The position numbers and the translations under genes are program-made. This document shows, one piece after another, positions 48,709 to 58,505 of a DNA stretch of 64,000 bases; the first letter of the stretch is position 1, and each line of letters opens with the position of its first letter. This DNA comes from Candidatus Eiseniibacteriota bacterium (GTDB taxonomy: Bacteria; Eisenbacteria; RBG-16-71-46), in contig CAVQXP010000004.1 of NCBI GenBank assembly GCA_963717935.1, positions 1,376,001 through 1,440,000 of the forward strand, written 5' to 3'. The notes under the pieces were generated by a model. It was not told the DNA's origin and did no database searches. It worked only from the letters and a program-made list of their open reading frames with translations.

Positions 48709-50019
48709 ATGGGCATGACCACGAATCGGCTGGGAATCCTGGTGGCGAGCGGCGCGATCGCGTTGCTGGCACTGGCCTGCGCTCCCTCGCGGCCGGCGCG
48801 GGAGCGGGGCGCGACGCTCACGGTGATGCTGCCTCCAAGCGAGCGGCCCTTCTGGGAACCGATCGCTCGCGGCTTCGAGTGGGACCATCCTGGAACCCGC
48901 GTGGATCTCGTCGAAGGCCCGCAATCCACCGATCTGCGCGAGAACCTCTACACGGCTTCGTTGCTGGCCGGGGACCCGACGTTCGACCTCGTCTACATGG
49001 ACGTGACCTGGACGCCGAAGTTCGCCGCGGCCGGCTGGCTGCTGCCGCTCGACCCATGGCTCCCCGACGTCGAGCGGCGGCGATTCCTTCCGGCCGCGCT
49101 CGCCGCGGGGGAGTACCAGGGCAGGCTCTATCGCGTACCGGTGCGCACCGACGTCGGACTGCTCTACTTCCGCCGGGACCTGCTCGAGCGGGCCGGACTC
49201 CCCCCTCCGCGCAGCTTCGTGGAGCTGACGCGGACGGCCCGGGCCCTCCAGTCCCCACCCGGGATCTGGGGCTTCGTCTGGCAGGGCAAGCAATACGAGG
49301 GTCTGGTCTGCGCCTACCTGGAGGTGCTTCGCGGCCAGGGCGGGTTCTGGGTGGATCCTGTCTCGCTCGCGGTCGGGCTCGACCGTCCCGAGGCGGTGGC
49401 CGCTCTGTCGTTCCTCGCGCTCTGCCTTCGCCAGGAGCCCATCAGCCCGCCCGGCAGCACGACCTACCAGGAGGAGGAGAGCCGCCGGCTGTTCCAGGAT
49501 GGACGAGCGGTCTTCCTGCGCAACTGGCCCTACGTGTGGCAGCTTGCGCAGTCGGCCGGGTCGCCGGTACGCGGGCGGATCGGCGTCCTGCCCATGGTGC
49601 ACGCCCCCGGTGGGCGGCCCGCCGGCACTCTGGGTGGGTGGGGACTCGGCATCTCGGCTTTCAGCGGCCAGGCCCAGCTCGCCATGGAGTTCATCCGCGC
49701 CGTCACGTCGCTCGACGGCCAGCGGGCGCTGTGTGCGCCGACGGGCTACGCCCCCGCGCTCCAGGATGCGTACGCGGACCCCGAGCTGCTGGCGGCGAAT
49801 CCGTTTCTGGCGGAGCTCGAGAGGCTCCATGCGAACGCCGTGGCCCGGCCGTCCATCGCCCGGTACGCGCTCGCCTCCGACATCCTGCAGCGGCATCTGA
49901 GCGCCGTGCTCTCGGGCAGCGACGAGCCGGAGCACGCGTTGCGCGCGGCGGCCCGCGAGACCCGGGCGATGCTGGGCGTCCCCCGGGGCCGGAAGCTGCG
50001 AGCGGGTCCGGCCTCATGA
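48709..50019 (+). CDS. Trehalose/maltose-type ABC substrate-binding lipoprotein
   Basis: Lipobox ALAC; MDVTW, GFVWQGKQYEGLVC, RNWPY, TLGGW, as in TMBP-like proteins. Confidence 0.88.
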   Translation: MGMTTNRLGILVASGAIALLALACAPSRPARERGATLTVMLPPSERPFWEPIARGFEWDHPGTRVDLVEGPQSTDLRENLYTASLLAGDPTFDLVYMDVTWTPKFAAAGWLLPLDPWLPDVERRRFLPAALAAGEYQGRLYRVPVRTDVGLLYFRRDLLERAGLPPPRSFVELTRTARALQSPPGIWGFVWQGKQYEGLVCAYLEVLRGQGGFWVDPVSLAVGLDRPEAVAALSFLALCLRQEPISPPGSTTYQEEESRRLFQDGRAVFLRNWPYVWQLAQSAGSPVRGRIGVLPMVHAPGGRPAGTLGGWGLGISAFSGQAQLAMEFIRAVTSLDGQRALCAPTGYAPALQDAYADPELLAANPFLAELERLHANAVARPSIARYALASDILQRHLSAVLSGSDEPEHALRAAARETRAMLGVPRGRKLRAGPAS

Positions 50020-50903
50020 GAGCCAGGGTCTGGACCAGGGAGCGCCTGCTCCTGCTCGTGCCCGCGCTGCTGCTGCTGGCGCTGGTCGTGGCGCTCCCCA
50101 TCCTCCGCGTCGTGCAGCTCAGCCTGTGCCGGGTGGAGCTCCACGGGGGGATCGTCACGCAATGGGCCGGGCTCGACCAGTTCTGGCGGCTCTGGCAGGA
50201 CGGCCGGTGGTGGGCCGCGCTTCGCAACACCGCGTTGTTCACTGCCCTGTCGGTGGCGCTCGAGATGGCACTGGGCATCGCCTTCGCTCTGCTGCTCCAC
50301 CAGCGCTTCCGGGGCCGGGGCGGCGTGCGGGCCCTGATGATGCTGCCCTGGGCCTTGCCGACCGCCGTGATGGCCCTGGCCTGGGCGTGGATCTTCAACG
50401 ACTCGTTCGGCGTGCTCAACGACCTGCTCGAACATCTGGGACTCATCGCGCGCCCGGTGGCCTGGCTGGGCGGGCCGGCCACCGCGATGCTGGCGCTGGT
50501 GATCGCGGACGTATGGAAGACCACTCCCTTCGTCGCGCTCATCGTGCTGGCGGGGCTGCAGGGCATCCCGGAGCAGGTGCTGGAGGCGGCCCGCGTGGAT
50601 GGTCTGTCCGCGGGACAGCGGCTGAGGCGGGTGGTGCTGCCGCTGCTGGCGCCCTCGCTGCTCGTGGCCCTCGCCTTCCGCACGGTGCAGGCCTACGGGG
50701 CCTTCGACCTGCCCTACGTCATGACGGGTGGTGGCCCGGGAGGGGCGACCGAGACGGTGGCCCTGTACGCGTACCAGAACTACTTCCGCTATCTCGAGTT
50801 CGGGTACGGGTCCGCCGTCGCCGTGCAGGGGGCCCTGCTGGCCGCCCTGCTGGTGGCCGCGATGATGAGCCTCGCGGGCGCGCGGGAACGGAGGGGGACG
50901 TGA
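50016..50903 (+). CDS. Carbohydrate ABC permease (MalF/SugA-like)
   Basis: PWALPT, DVWKTTPF, EAA loop (EAARVDG), TGGGPG. Confidence 0.92.
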   Translation: MRARVWTRERLLLLVPALLLLALVVALPILRVVQLSLCRVELHGGIVTQWAGLDQFWRLWQDGRWWAALRNTALFTALSVALEMALGIAFALLLHQRFRGRGGVRALMMLPWALPTAVMALAWAWIFNDSFGVLNDLLEHLGLIARPVAWLGGPATAMLALVIADVWKTTPFVALIVLAGLQGIPEQVLEAARVDGLSAGQRLRRVVLPLLAPSLLVALAFRTVQAYGAFDLPYVMTGGGPGGATETVALYAYQNYFRYLEFGYGSAVAVQGALLAALLVAAMMSLAGARERRGT

Positions 50904-51763
50904 GGAGCGCCGTCCCGAGGGCCGGAGGAGGCCGCGCGCGCCTGGCCGGAGGACTGCTCGCGCTGGCCGTCGCGCTGCTGCTGGCGTGGAGCCTGGCGCC
51001 GGCGATCTGGCAGGCCCTCACGGCGCTCAAGCCGGACGCCCAGATCACGCACGTGCCCACGATCTACCTGCCGCACCCGCCGACCTGGCGACACGTCGCG
51101 GCCCTGTGGGAGCGCAAGCCCTTCGGGCTCTACCTGGCGAACAGCGCCTGGGTCTCGGCCTGGGCGACCGTGCTGTGCCTGGGCGTCGCCTCGCTGGCCG
51201 CGGCGGCCCTCGCGCGGCTTCCGGGCCGCGGCCGCGAAGGGCTCCTGCTGGCCCTGCTGGTGGTCTCCCTGTTCCCGCCCATCCTTCTGCTCTTCCCTCT
51301 CTACGAGGGCGTGCGGGCGGTCGGTTGGATCAATCACCCGCTGGCCCTCGTGCTGCCGTACGCCGCACTGAACCTGCCGCTCGCCGTGTGGGTGCTGGAG
51401 AGCGCGCTGCGCGCCCTGCCGGTCGAACTCGACGAGGCCGCGCGGCTCGATGGCCTGCCCGCGCTGGGACGCCTGTGGCGCATCCACCTGCCCCTCGCGC
51501 TGCCGTCGCTGGCGACGGCGGGGATCCTGGTCTTCATCTTCTGCTGGAACGAGTTCATGCTGTCCCTGACCTTCATGACGCGCGACGCGAACAAGACCGT
51601 GACCGCGGGGATCGCCAGCGTCAGCGGCGCCTCGCTCTACGAGATCCCCTGGGGCCAGTTGTCGGCCGCGATCGTCATCGCCACCGCACCGCTGATCGCC
51701 CTGGTACTGTTGTTCCAGCGGCGGATCGTCTCGGGGCTGACCCGGGGCGCGCTCAAGGGCTAG
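50900..51763 (+). CDS. Carbohydrate ABC permease (MalG/SugB-like)
   Basis: EAARLDG, FIFCWNEF, FQRRIVSGLTRGALKG. Confidence 0.92.
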   Translation: MRSAVPRAGGGRARLAGGLLALAVALLLAWSLAPAIWQALTALKPDAQITHVPTIYLPHPPTWRHVAALWERKPFGLYLANSAWVSAWATVLCLGVASLAAAALARLPGRGREGLLLALLVVSLFPPILLLFPLYEGVRAVGWINHPLALVLPYAALNLPLAVWVLESALRALPVELDEAARLDGLPALGRLWRIHLPLALPSLATAGILVFIFCWNEFMLSLTFMTRDANKTVTAGIASVSGASLYEIPWGQLSAAIVIATAPLIALVLLFQRRIVSGLTRGALKG

Positions 51764-51765
51764 CC

Positions 51766-52845
51766 ATGACCGAACTGCAGGGCCGGGACCTGACCAAGAT
51801 CTTCCCTGACGGGACCCGCGCGCTCGACGGGGTCTCCTTCGTGGCGCGCCCCGGGCGCGTGCTGACCCTGCTGGGGCCTTCGGGTTGTGGCAAGTCGACG
51901 CTGCTGCGCATCGTGGCCGGGCTCGACCGCGCCACGTCCGGGACCCTTCGCCTGGACGGCGAGTGTCTTGACGACGTCCCCGCCGGGCGGCGCGGTGTAG
52001 GGCTGGTGTTCCAGAACTACGCCCTCTACCCTCATCTCACCGTGCGGGGCAACCTGTCGCTGGCGCTCGAGACACAGCGGGTCCCGCGTCGGGAGGTGAC
52101 CGCGCGCGTGCGCGAGACCGCTGCGCTGCTCGGCATCCTGGAGCTCCTCGAGCGGCGCCCGGGGCAGCTGTCCGGGGGCCAGCAGCAACGCGTGGCGCTG
52201 GGGCGCGCGCTGGTGCGCAGGCCGCGCCTGTATCTGCTCGACGAGCCGCTCTCGAACCTGGACGCGCTGCTGCGGGAGGGCATGCGGGCCGAGCTGAAGG
52301 CCCTCTTCGCGCGCGTCGGCGCGACGGTGATCTACGTGACGCACGATCAGACCGAGGCGATGAGCCTGTCGGACGACCTGGCCGTGATGCGCTCGGGACG
52401 GATCCTCCAGTGTGGAGCGCCGCTCGAGGTCTACCGGCGGCCAGCCGACGTGTTCGTCGCCACCTTCGTCGGCAGCCCGCGCATGACGGTCTGGCACGGG
52501 CACCGCGATGGAGACGCGCTCGCGTGCCGCGGCGTACGGGTGCCGGTGCCGGCCGGCCTGCAAACCGGGGGCCGGCTCGCCGTGGGCATCCGGCCGGAGG
52601 ACGCCGAGGTCTCGCCCCGTCCCCTGGAGGGAGGGTGGGCGGCGCAGCGCACGGTGATGGAGCCCCTGGGGTCGAGAGTGCTGATCACCGTGAGAGTCGG
52701 GGGCGAGGACGCGCGGGTCCTGGTGGAGCCGGCCGACTGGCCGGAGGCCCTGTGGATGCGCTGGCCACCCGGTCGACTACACTGGTTCGATGCCGAGAGC
52801 GGCGCGCGGCTCGACGCCACGGACCACGGGCGGGAGAGGATCTGA
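51766..52845 (+). CDS. Carbohydrate ABC ATPase (MalK/SugC-like)
   Basis: GPSGCGKS, VFQNYALYPH, LSGGQ, DEPLSNLD, THDQ. Confidence 0.95.
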   Translation: MTELQGRDLTKIFPDGTRALDGVSFVARPGRVLTLLGPSGCGKSTLLRIVAGLDRATSGTLRLDGECLDDVPAGRRGVGLVFQNYALYPHLTVRGNLSLALETQRVPRREVTARVRETAALLGILELLERRPGQLSGGQQQRVALGRALVRRPRLYLLDEPLSNLDALLREGMRAELKALFARVGATVIYVTHDQTEAMSLSDDLAVMRSGRILQCGAPLEVYRRPADVFVATFVGSPRMTVWHGHRDGDALACRGVRVPVPAGLQTGGRLAVGIRPEDAEVSPRPLEGGWAAQRTVMEPLGSRVLITVRVGGEDARVLVEPADWPEALWMRWPPGRLHWFDAESGARLDATDHGRERI

Positions 52846-52846
52846 C

Positions 52847-54127
52847 ATGGTCGAACCCACGATCCTGCGTGAGGACGTCAGGGAGCAACTGGACACCATC
52901 GGCGGGGCCGACATCGTCGTCGGCATCCCGTCTTACAACAACGCCCGCACCATCGCCCACGTCGTCCAGGCGGTGACGGCGGGGCTGGCCAAGTACTTCC
53001 CGACGCGACGCGCCGTGCTGGTCAACTCCGACGGTGGCTCCAAGGACGGCACGCCGGCGCTGGTGGCGAGCGCCGAACTCGGGACGACCCGGGCCATCCT
53101 CCTGACCCAACCGCCGCCGCCGGTCCACAAGGTCATCACGGCGTACCAGGGCCTGCCGGGGAAGGGCAGTGCCTTCCGCACCATCTTCGAGATCGCGCAC
53201 CGCCTGGAGGCCCGCGCCTGCGCGGTCGTCGATTCCGACCTCCGGAGCATCACGCCGGAGTGGCTCCAGCTCCTGCTGGCCCCGGTGACGGATGAGGGCT
53301 TCGACTATGTCTGTCCGCTCTACGCGCGGCACAAGTTCGACGGCACGATCACGAATTCCATCGTCTATCCCCTGGTCCGTGCCCTCTACGGGCGCCGCAT
53401 CCGGCAGCCCATCGGCGGGGACTTCGGCTTCTCGGGGCGGCTGGCCGCGCACTTCCTCCGCCACGACGTCTGGCAGAGCGACGTGGCGCGTTTCGGGATC
53501 GACATCTGGATGACGACCACGGCGCTGGTGGGCGACTTCCGCGTGTGCCAGTCCTACCTGGGCGCGAAGATCCACGACGCGAAGGACCCCGGGGCCCACC
53601 TGAGCACGATGCTCATGCAGGTCACCGGCTCGCTGTTCGCCCAGGTGGAGGCCCACGCACAGCACTGGCTCGGCGTGGAAGGCTCCGAGCCGGTGCCCGA
53701 GTTCGGCTTCCGCTATGAGGTCGGACTCGAGCCGGTCGCCGTGGATGTCGGGCGGATGGTCCGCGCCTACGACCAGGGTGTGCGGGACTTCGTCTCCCTG
53801 TACGCCCAGTTCCTCGACGCGGAGACCCGCCGCGACCTCGAGAGGCTCGCCGGGCAGGCGCCCGGGACGTTCCGATGCCGACGGACCTCTGGGTGCGGAC
53901 GATCTACGCGTTCGCGCTCGCCTACCACCTGCGGCGCCTGAACCCGGAGCACCTGCTGCGAGAGTCTCACGCCGCTCTACCTCGGGCGCACGGCGTCCTG
54001 GGTCAACCAGGCCGCCGACTACGGGGCCGAGGAAGTGGAAGTCGAGCTGAACGCGCTGTGCGAGCGCTTCGAGGCGCTCAAACCACATCTCGCCGACGCC
54101 TGGCGGGAAGGGAGGATGCCATCATGA
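52847..54127 (+). CDS. Glucosylglycerate synthase (Ggs)/mannosylglycerate synthase-like GT2, with two indels near the 3' end
   Basis: GIPSYNN, DGGS.DGT, GKGSA, DSDL, RHKFDGTITN, RQPIGGDF, FGIDIW, KIHD. The C-terminus PLYLGRTASW lies in another frame. Confidence 0.72.
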
Positions 54128-54828
54128 TTGCCGTGACGATGAGTTCGCTGTGGGACCCGATCACCCGGTTTCTGCAGCGGAGCGAGGGCCTGCTGCCCGT
54201 GTTGCTGGCCATCGCCATCGTGCTGGTGGCCGGCCTGCTGCTGGCCTGGCTGGCCGACGCGCTGTTGCGCTGGGTCCTGAGGGCCGCTGGTTTCGACCGC
54301 ATCGCGCACCGCCCGCGCGTGTCGGATTCGCTGCGCCGCGCCGGCCTGCGGCAGCAGCCGTCCGTGCTGGTGGGGCAGCTGGTCCGCTGGCTGATCGTGA
54401 TCCTGACGCTGCTCGGCGCTCTGTCGATCCTGAGCGCCGAGGCGACCGATGTCGTGCTCGCTGCGATGGTGACCTACCTGCCGCGACTCGTCGCGGGCTT
54501 GCTCCTGCTCGTGGCCGGCTACGCCGTGAGCATCTTCGCGGGGCGCAGCGTCCTGATCTGGTCGGTCAACGCGCGGGTCCAGGGTGCGCGCTGGCTGGCC
54601 GGCGGCGTGCGGCTGCTGGTGGGCATCTTCTTCGCCGCGCTGGCACTGGAGAACCTGGGGTTCGGGCGTGACATCGCGCTGGTGGTGCTGGCGATCCTGC
54701 TCGGCGGGGGCGTGCTCGCAGCCGCCCTGGCCTATGGGCTGGCCGGCAAGGACCTCGCCCGCCAGTCCCTCGATCGCATGACTCGCGAGGCCCGTGGCGA
54801 GGATGACGAGACGCTGTCCCACCTCTAG
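54124..54828 (+). CDS. Small conserved-TM-helix (CmpX-like) membrane protein, copy 2
   Basis: YLPRLVAGLLLL, ALENLG, ALAYGLAGKD; paralogous to 36099-36807. Confidence 0.8.
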   Translation: MIAVTMSSLWDPITRFLQRSEGLLPVLLAIAIVLVAGLLLAWLADALLRWVLRAAGFDRIAHRPRVSDSLRRAGLRQQPSVLVGQLVRWLIVILTLLGALSILSAEATDVVLAAMVTYLPRLVAGLLLLVAGYAVSIFAGRSVLIWSVNARVQGARWLAGGVRLLVGIFFAALALENLGFGRDIALVVLAILLGGGVLAAALAYGLAGKDLARQSLDRMTREARGEDDETLSHL

Positions 54829-54843
54829 TCCGGAGGTCGCGCC

Positions 54844-56054
54844 ATGAGCGATTTCTTCCAGAACGGCGTCATCACGACGCTGCACCGGCTCGGCTCGGCT
54901 CCGCCCGACAAGATCGAGGCGGAACTGCGTCTGCACAGCCGCACCAACCCGGTCACCCTGATCATCCCGTGCCTCATCACCGAGCTCGAGCGGCACGCGA
55001 TTCGCAAGATCGTGGAGGAGTTGACGAAGGTCGACTACCTGGACGAGATCGTGATCCCGATCGGGCGGGCGGACCGGTCATCAGTTCGAGTATGCCCGCC
55101 GCTTCTTCGCGCCGCTGGGATCGCGTTGCCGGCTCGATCTGGATCGAAGGCGAGAGGGTCCAGGACTTCATCCGGCTGCTGCTCGACAACCGGCTCGACA
55201 TCGGGCCCCCCGGCAAGGGGCGCGCCACCTGGCTCTCCATCGGCTACGTGCTGGCCGGCAATCGCAGCAAGGCCATCGCGCTCCACGACGCGGACATCGT
55301 TTCCTTCGATCGGTCGCTGGTCGGCCGGCTCTGCTACCCGCTGGTGCATCCCAGTCTCGGCTACGAGTACTCGAAGGGCTACTACGCCCGCGTGACCGAT
55401 CGCCTGCACGGACGGGTCACGCGGCTGTTCCTCACGCCGCTGGTCCGGTCGCTGATCCAGGTCGTCGGATCGGTGCCCTTCCTGCGATACCTCGACAGCT
55501 TCCGCTACCCTCTGTCGGGGGAGTTCGCGATGCATGCGGACCTCGCCCGCTACGTCCGCATCCCGGGGGACTGGGGACTGGAGATCGGGATGCTCGCCGA
55601 GGTCTACCGGAACACCTCCCTGCGCCGGGTCTGTCAGGTGGACGTGGCCGAGAACTACGAGCACAAACACCAGGCCCTCTCGCAGGACGATGCTTCGGGC
55701 GGCCTCAACCGCATGTCGGGGGACATCTGCAAGTCGGTGCTGCGGACGCTGGCCATGGAGGGAGTGGTCTTCGGGCCGGGGTTCTACACCACGCTCAAGG
55801 TGACCTACCTGCGGCACGCCCAGGACGCCATCCGCAGCTACCACGACGATGCGGTGACCAATGGTCTGCTGTTCGACCGCCACTCCGAGACGATGGCGGT
55901 GGAGGTGTTCCTCAACGCCCTCGAGCGGGGCTGCGAGGAGTTCGAGCGGGCCCCGCTGGCGCTGACCGGGCTGCCCAACTGGAACCGGGTCACGTCCGCG
56001 ATCCCGGACTTCCTCCCGCGCTATCGCGAGGCGATCGATGCCGACAACGCCTAG
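54844..56054 (+). CDS. gpgS: Glucosyl-3-phosphoglycerate synthase-type glycosyltransferase, with two indels at about 55080-55135
   Basis: MSDFFQNGVITTLH, GKGR..W, HDADI, KGYYARV, GRVTRL, RYPLSGEF, WGLEIG, YEHKHQ, PNWNRV. Confidence 0.78.
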
Positions 56055-56897
56055 CCCGCGCCCCGCTCCGGGCCTGGTGGTGTTCACCGACCTGGACGGG
56101 ACGCTGCTCCGCCACGAGGACTACGATTGGTCCGCGGCGCGGGAGGCCCTGGCCGAGCTGGCGCGGCGCCGCGTCCCGCTGGTGATCGCGAGCAGCAAGA
56201 CGCGCGCCGAGATCGAGGCATGGCGACGCCGGATCGGGAATCAGGATCCATTCATCAGCGAGAACGGAGGCGCGCTCTACGTGCCGCCCGGCTCGGTGCC
56301 GCGGCCCGATCCCGGGGAGCGTGCCCGCGGAAGGGTATCTGCGCGTCGAGTTCGGCACGCCGTACGCCCGTCTGCGCGATGCCCTGAAGCTCCTGGCCCG
56401 CGACCTCGGGGTCGGCATGAAGGGATTCGGCGACATGGAAGCCGGCGAGATCGCGCGCCTGACCGGGCTGTCCGGCGAGGACCTCGATCTCGCCCGGCGC
56501 GGGAGTACGACGAGCCCTTCGTGCCGGAAGGCCCGTGGCGCGGCGCAGGAGGAGGCCCGACTGGAGGAGATGGCCGGCGCGCTCGGCCTGCGGGTGACGC
56601 GCGGCGGCCGCTTCCACCACCTGATCGGCCCGAACAGCAAGGGCGAGGCGGCCCGTCTCCTGATGTCGGGCTACCGGGCGGGCAGCGAGTCCGTCGCGTC
56701 GCTCGGTCTGGGCGACGGTCCCAACGATCTGGAGCTGCTGCTGGCCGTGGACCACCCGGTCGTGGTGGCCCGTCCCGACGGCACGCACGCGCCCGAGCTG
56801 CGGGCCGGGACTGCCGCCGCACGCGCACTTCACTCGCGGAGCGGGCCCGGAGGGGTTCGCGGAGGCGGTGCTCGATTGTCTGGCGCGGCTCCCGTAG
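56038..56897 (+). CDS. mpgP: Mannosyl/glucosyl-3-phosphoglycerate phosphatase (HAD IIB), frameshifted
   Basis: FTDLDGTLL, SSKTRAE, ENGG, REYDEPF, GGRFHH, KG.A, LGDGPND across frames. Confidence 0.82.
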
Positions 56898-56916
56898 CAC
56901 CTCCTCGCCGATCGCG

Positions 56917-58251
56917 CTATGGGTAGGCGAGCGCGACGACCAGGTCGTTGACGTTGGTCCCGCTCGGGCCCGTGACCCACAGGTCCCCGAGGGCCTCGAA
57001 GAAGGGCGCGGTGTCGCTGTCGGCGAGGGCCTGGTGCGCCGAGCGGCCGAGGGCCGCGGCGCGCGCCAGCGAGTCCCCCGTGGCGATGGCCCCCGCCGCT
57101 CCGCTCGATCCGTCCGCTCCGTCGGTGGCGAAGCTGAAGACGGCTGCGCGCGGGCAGCCGTCGAGCGCCAGCGCGGCACCGAGCGCCAGCTCCAGGTTGC
57201 GCCCTCCGCGTCCGTGCCCGCGCACCGTCACGGTCGTCTCGCCTCCCAGCACCAGGCAACCCGGCGGGGGGAACGGGAGCGCGCTCTCGCGCATGCCACG
57301 GGCGAGGCCGCCGACCACGTGCCCGACCTCCCGCGCCTCGCCCTGCAGCCGATCGGTCAGCAACAGCGTGCGAAAGCCTCTGGCCTCGGCCTCGGCGGAC
57401 CAGGGCCAGGGCGGCGATCCGGTTGGACCCCACGACCCGCGTGATGCGTCGGCCGTCCCGGACCGCGGGGGTCGGCTGCGGGCGGCCTGCCGCAGGGCCT
57501 CCGTCAGCGCCGGGAAGCGCGCCGCCAGGGCTGGCGTCGTTCGAGCACCTCGAGGGCCTCGCGGGGGCCCGTCGGCGAATCGACCGTCGGGCCCGACGCG
57601 ATGGCCTCGAGGCGGTCCCCGACCACGTCGGAGAGCAGCAGCGCCACGACCCGCGCGGGCGCGGCCGCGCGCGCCAGGCCACCGCCCTTGATGAGCGAGA
57701 GGGCGCGGCGGACGGTGTTGAGTTCCACGATGTCGGCCCCCGCGTGTTGCAGGGCCTCGGTGGCGCCGCGCAGGTCCGCGATGGCGACGCCGGGGCGCAA
57801 TGCCTCGAAGAGCGCCGAGCCGCCGCCGGAGACCAGCACGACCACGATGTCGTCGGGCCCCGCGTCGCGCAGCAGGTCGAGCGCCGCCGTGCCCGCCCGG
57901 AGGCTGCCTTCGTCGGGAAGCGGATGCCCGGCCCCGTAGAAGCCGAGCGACGGCGGCCAGTCCCCCTGCAGGTCGGCGCGATGCGGGTGGGCCACGACGC
58001 CGCCGGTCAGCCGGGACGCCGAGCGCGGCGACGGCGGCCCGCGCCATGCCGGGCGATGCCTTTCCGAAGGCCACCAGCCACACGCGCGCGCCAGGTCGGA
58101 GCTCGAGCGTCTGGTCGCCGACATGGAGCACGCTGCCCTCGAGACGCAGCGCCCGCGTCACGGCGGTGGCGGGGTCCGCGGCCGCCAGCGCCGCGCCGTG
58201 CAGCGCGCGCAGGTCATCGTGAAGCTCGGACCATGACGGAACCCTCGTCAT
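56917..58251 (-). CDS. MOFRL-family (class II) glycerate kinase, frameshifted
   Basis: GKAS, GHPLPD, SGGGSAL, ELNTVRR..S.IKGG, SDVVGD, IASGPT, GGETTV, GGRN.E, TDG.DG, GTNVND. Confidence 0.85.
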   Translation of the reverse strand: MTRVPSWSELHDDLRALHGAALAAADPATAVTRALRLEGSVLHVGDQTLELRPGARVWLVAFGKASPGMARAAVAALGVPADRRRRGPPASRRPAGGLAAVARLLRGRASASRRRQPPGGHGGARPAARRGARRHRGRAGLRRRLGALRGIAPRRRHRGPARRHRGPATRGGRHRGTQHRPPRPLAHQGRWPGARGRARAGRGAAALRRGRGPPRGHRVGPDGRFADGPPRGPRGARTTPALAARFPALTEALRQAARSRPPRSGTADASRGSWGPTGSPPWPWSAEAEARGFRTLLLTDRLQGEAREVGHVVGGLARGMRESALPFPPPGCLVLGGETTVTVRGHGRGGRNLELALGAALALDGCPRAAVFSFATDGADGSSGAAGAIATGDSLARAAALGRSAHQALADSDTAPFFEALGDLWVTGPSGTNVNDLVVALAYP

Positions 58252-58419
58252 CCCTCCTCCTCGCGTGCAGCGCGGACGGCCCCGGACCTCCGCATGTTGG
58301 CGCATCGCGGGCGTCGAATCCAGCCGGCAGTCGAAGCGCGATGGGAGACCGGCAGGTGCGGGCCCGGTGGGGGAGAGGCCCCCGGCCAGCGGGGTGACGT
58401 AGGAGCGCTCCGCGTCCCG

Positions 58420-58428
58420 TGCTAGGCT
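58420..58428 (+). promoter_or_regulatory. Extended -10-like element TGCTAGGCT
   Basis: About 78 bp upstream of the treT copy 2 start. Confidence 0.45.
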
Positions 58429-58505
58429 CCCCCGAGTGTGTGTCAGGATTGGGAATCGCGGCGACGCGACCGGCAGTCGCAGGTCCGCTGCATGGGGAGG
58501 TCCCG

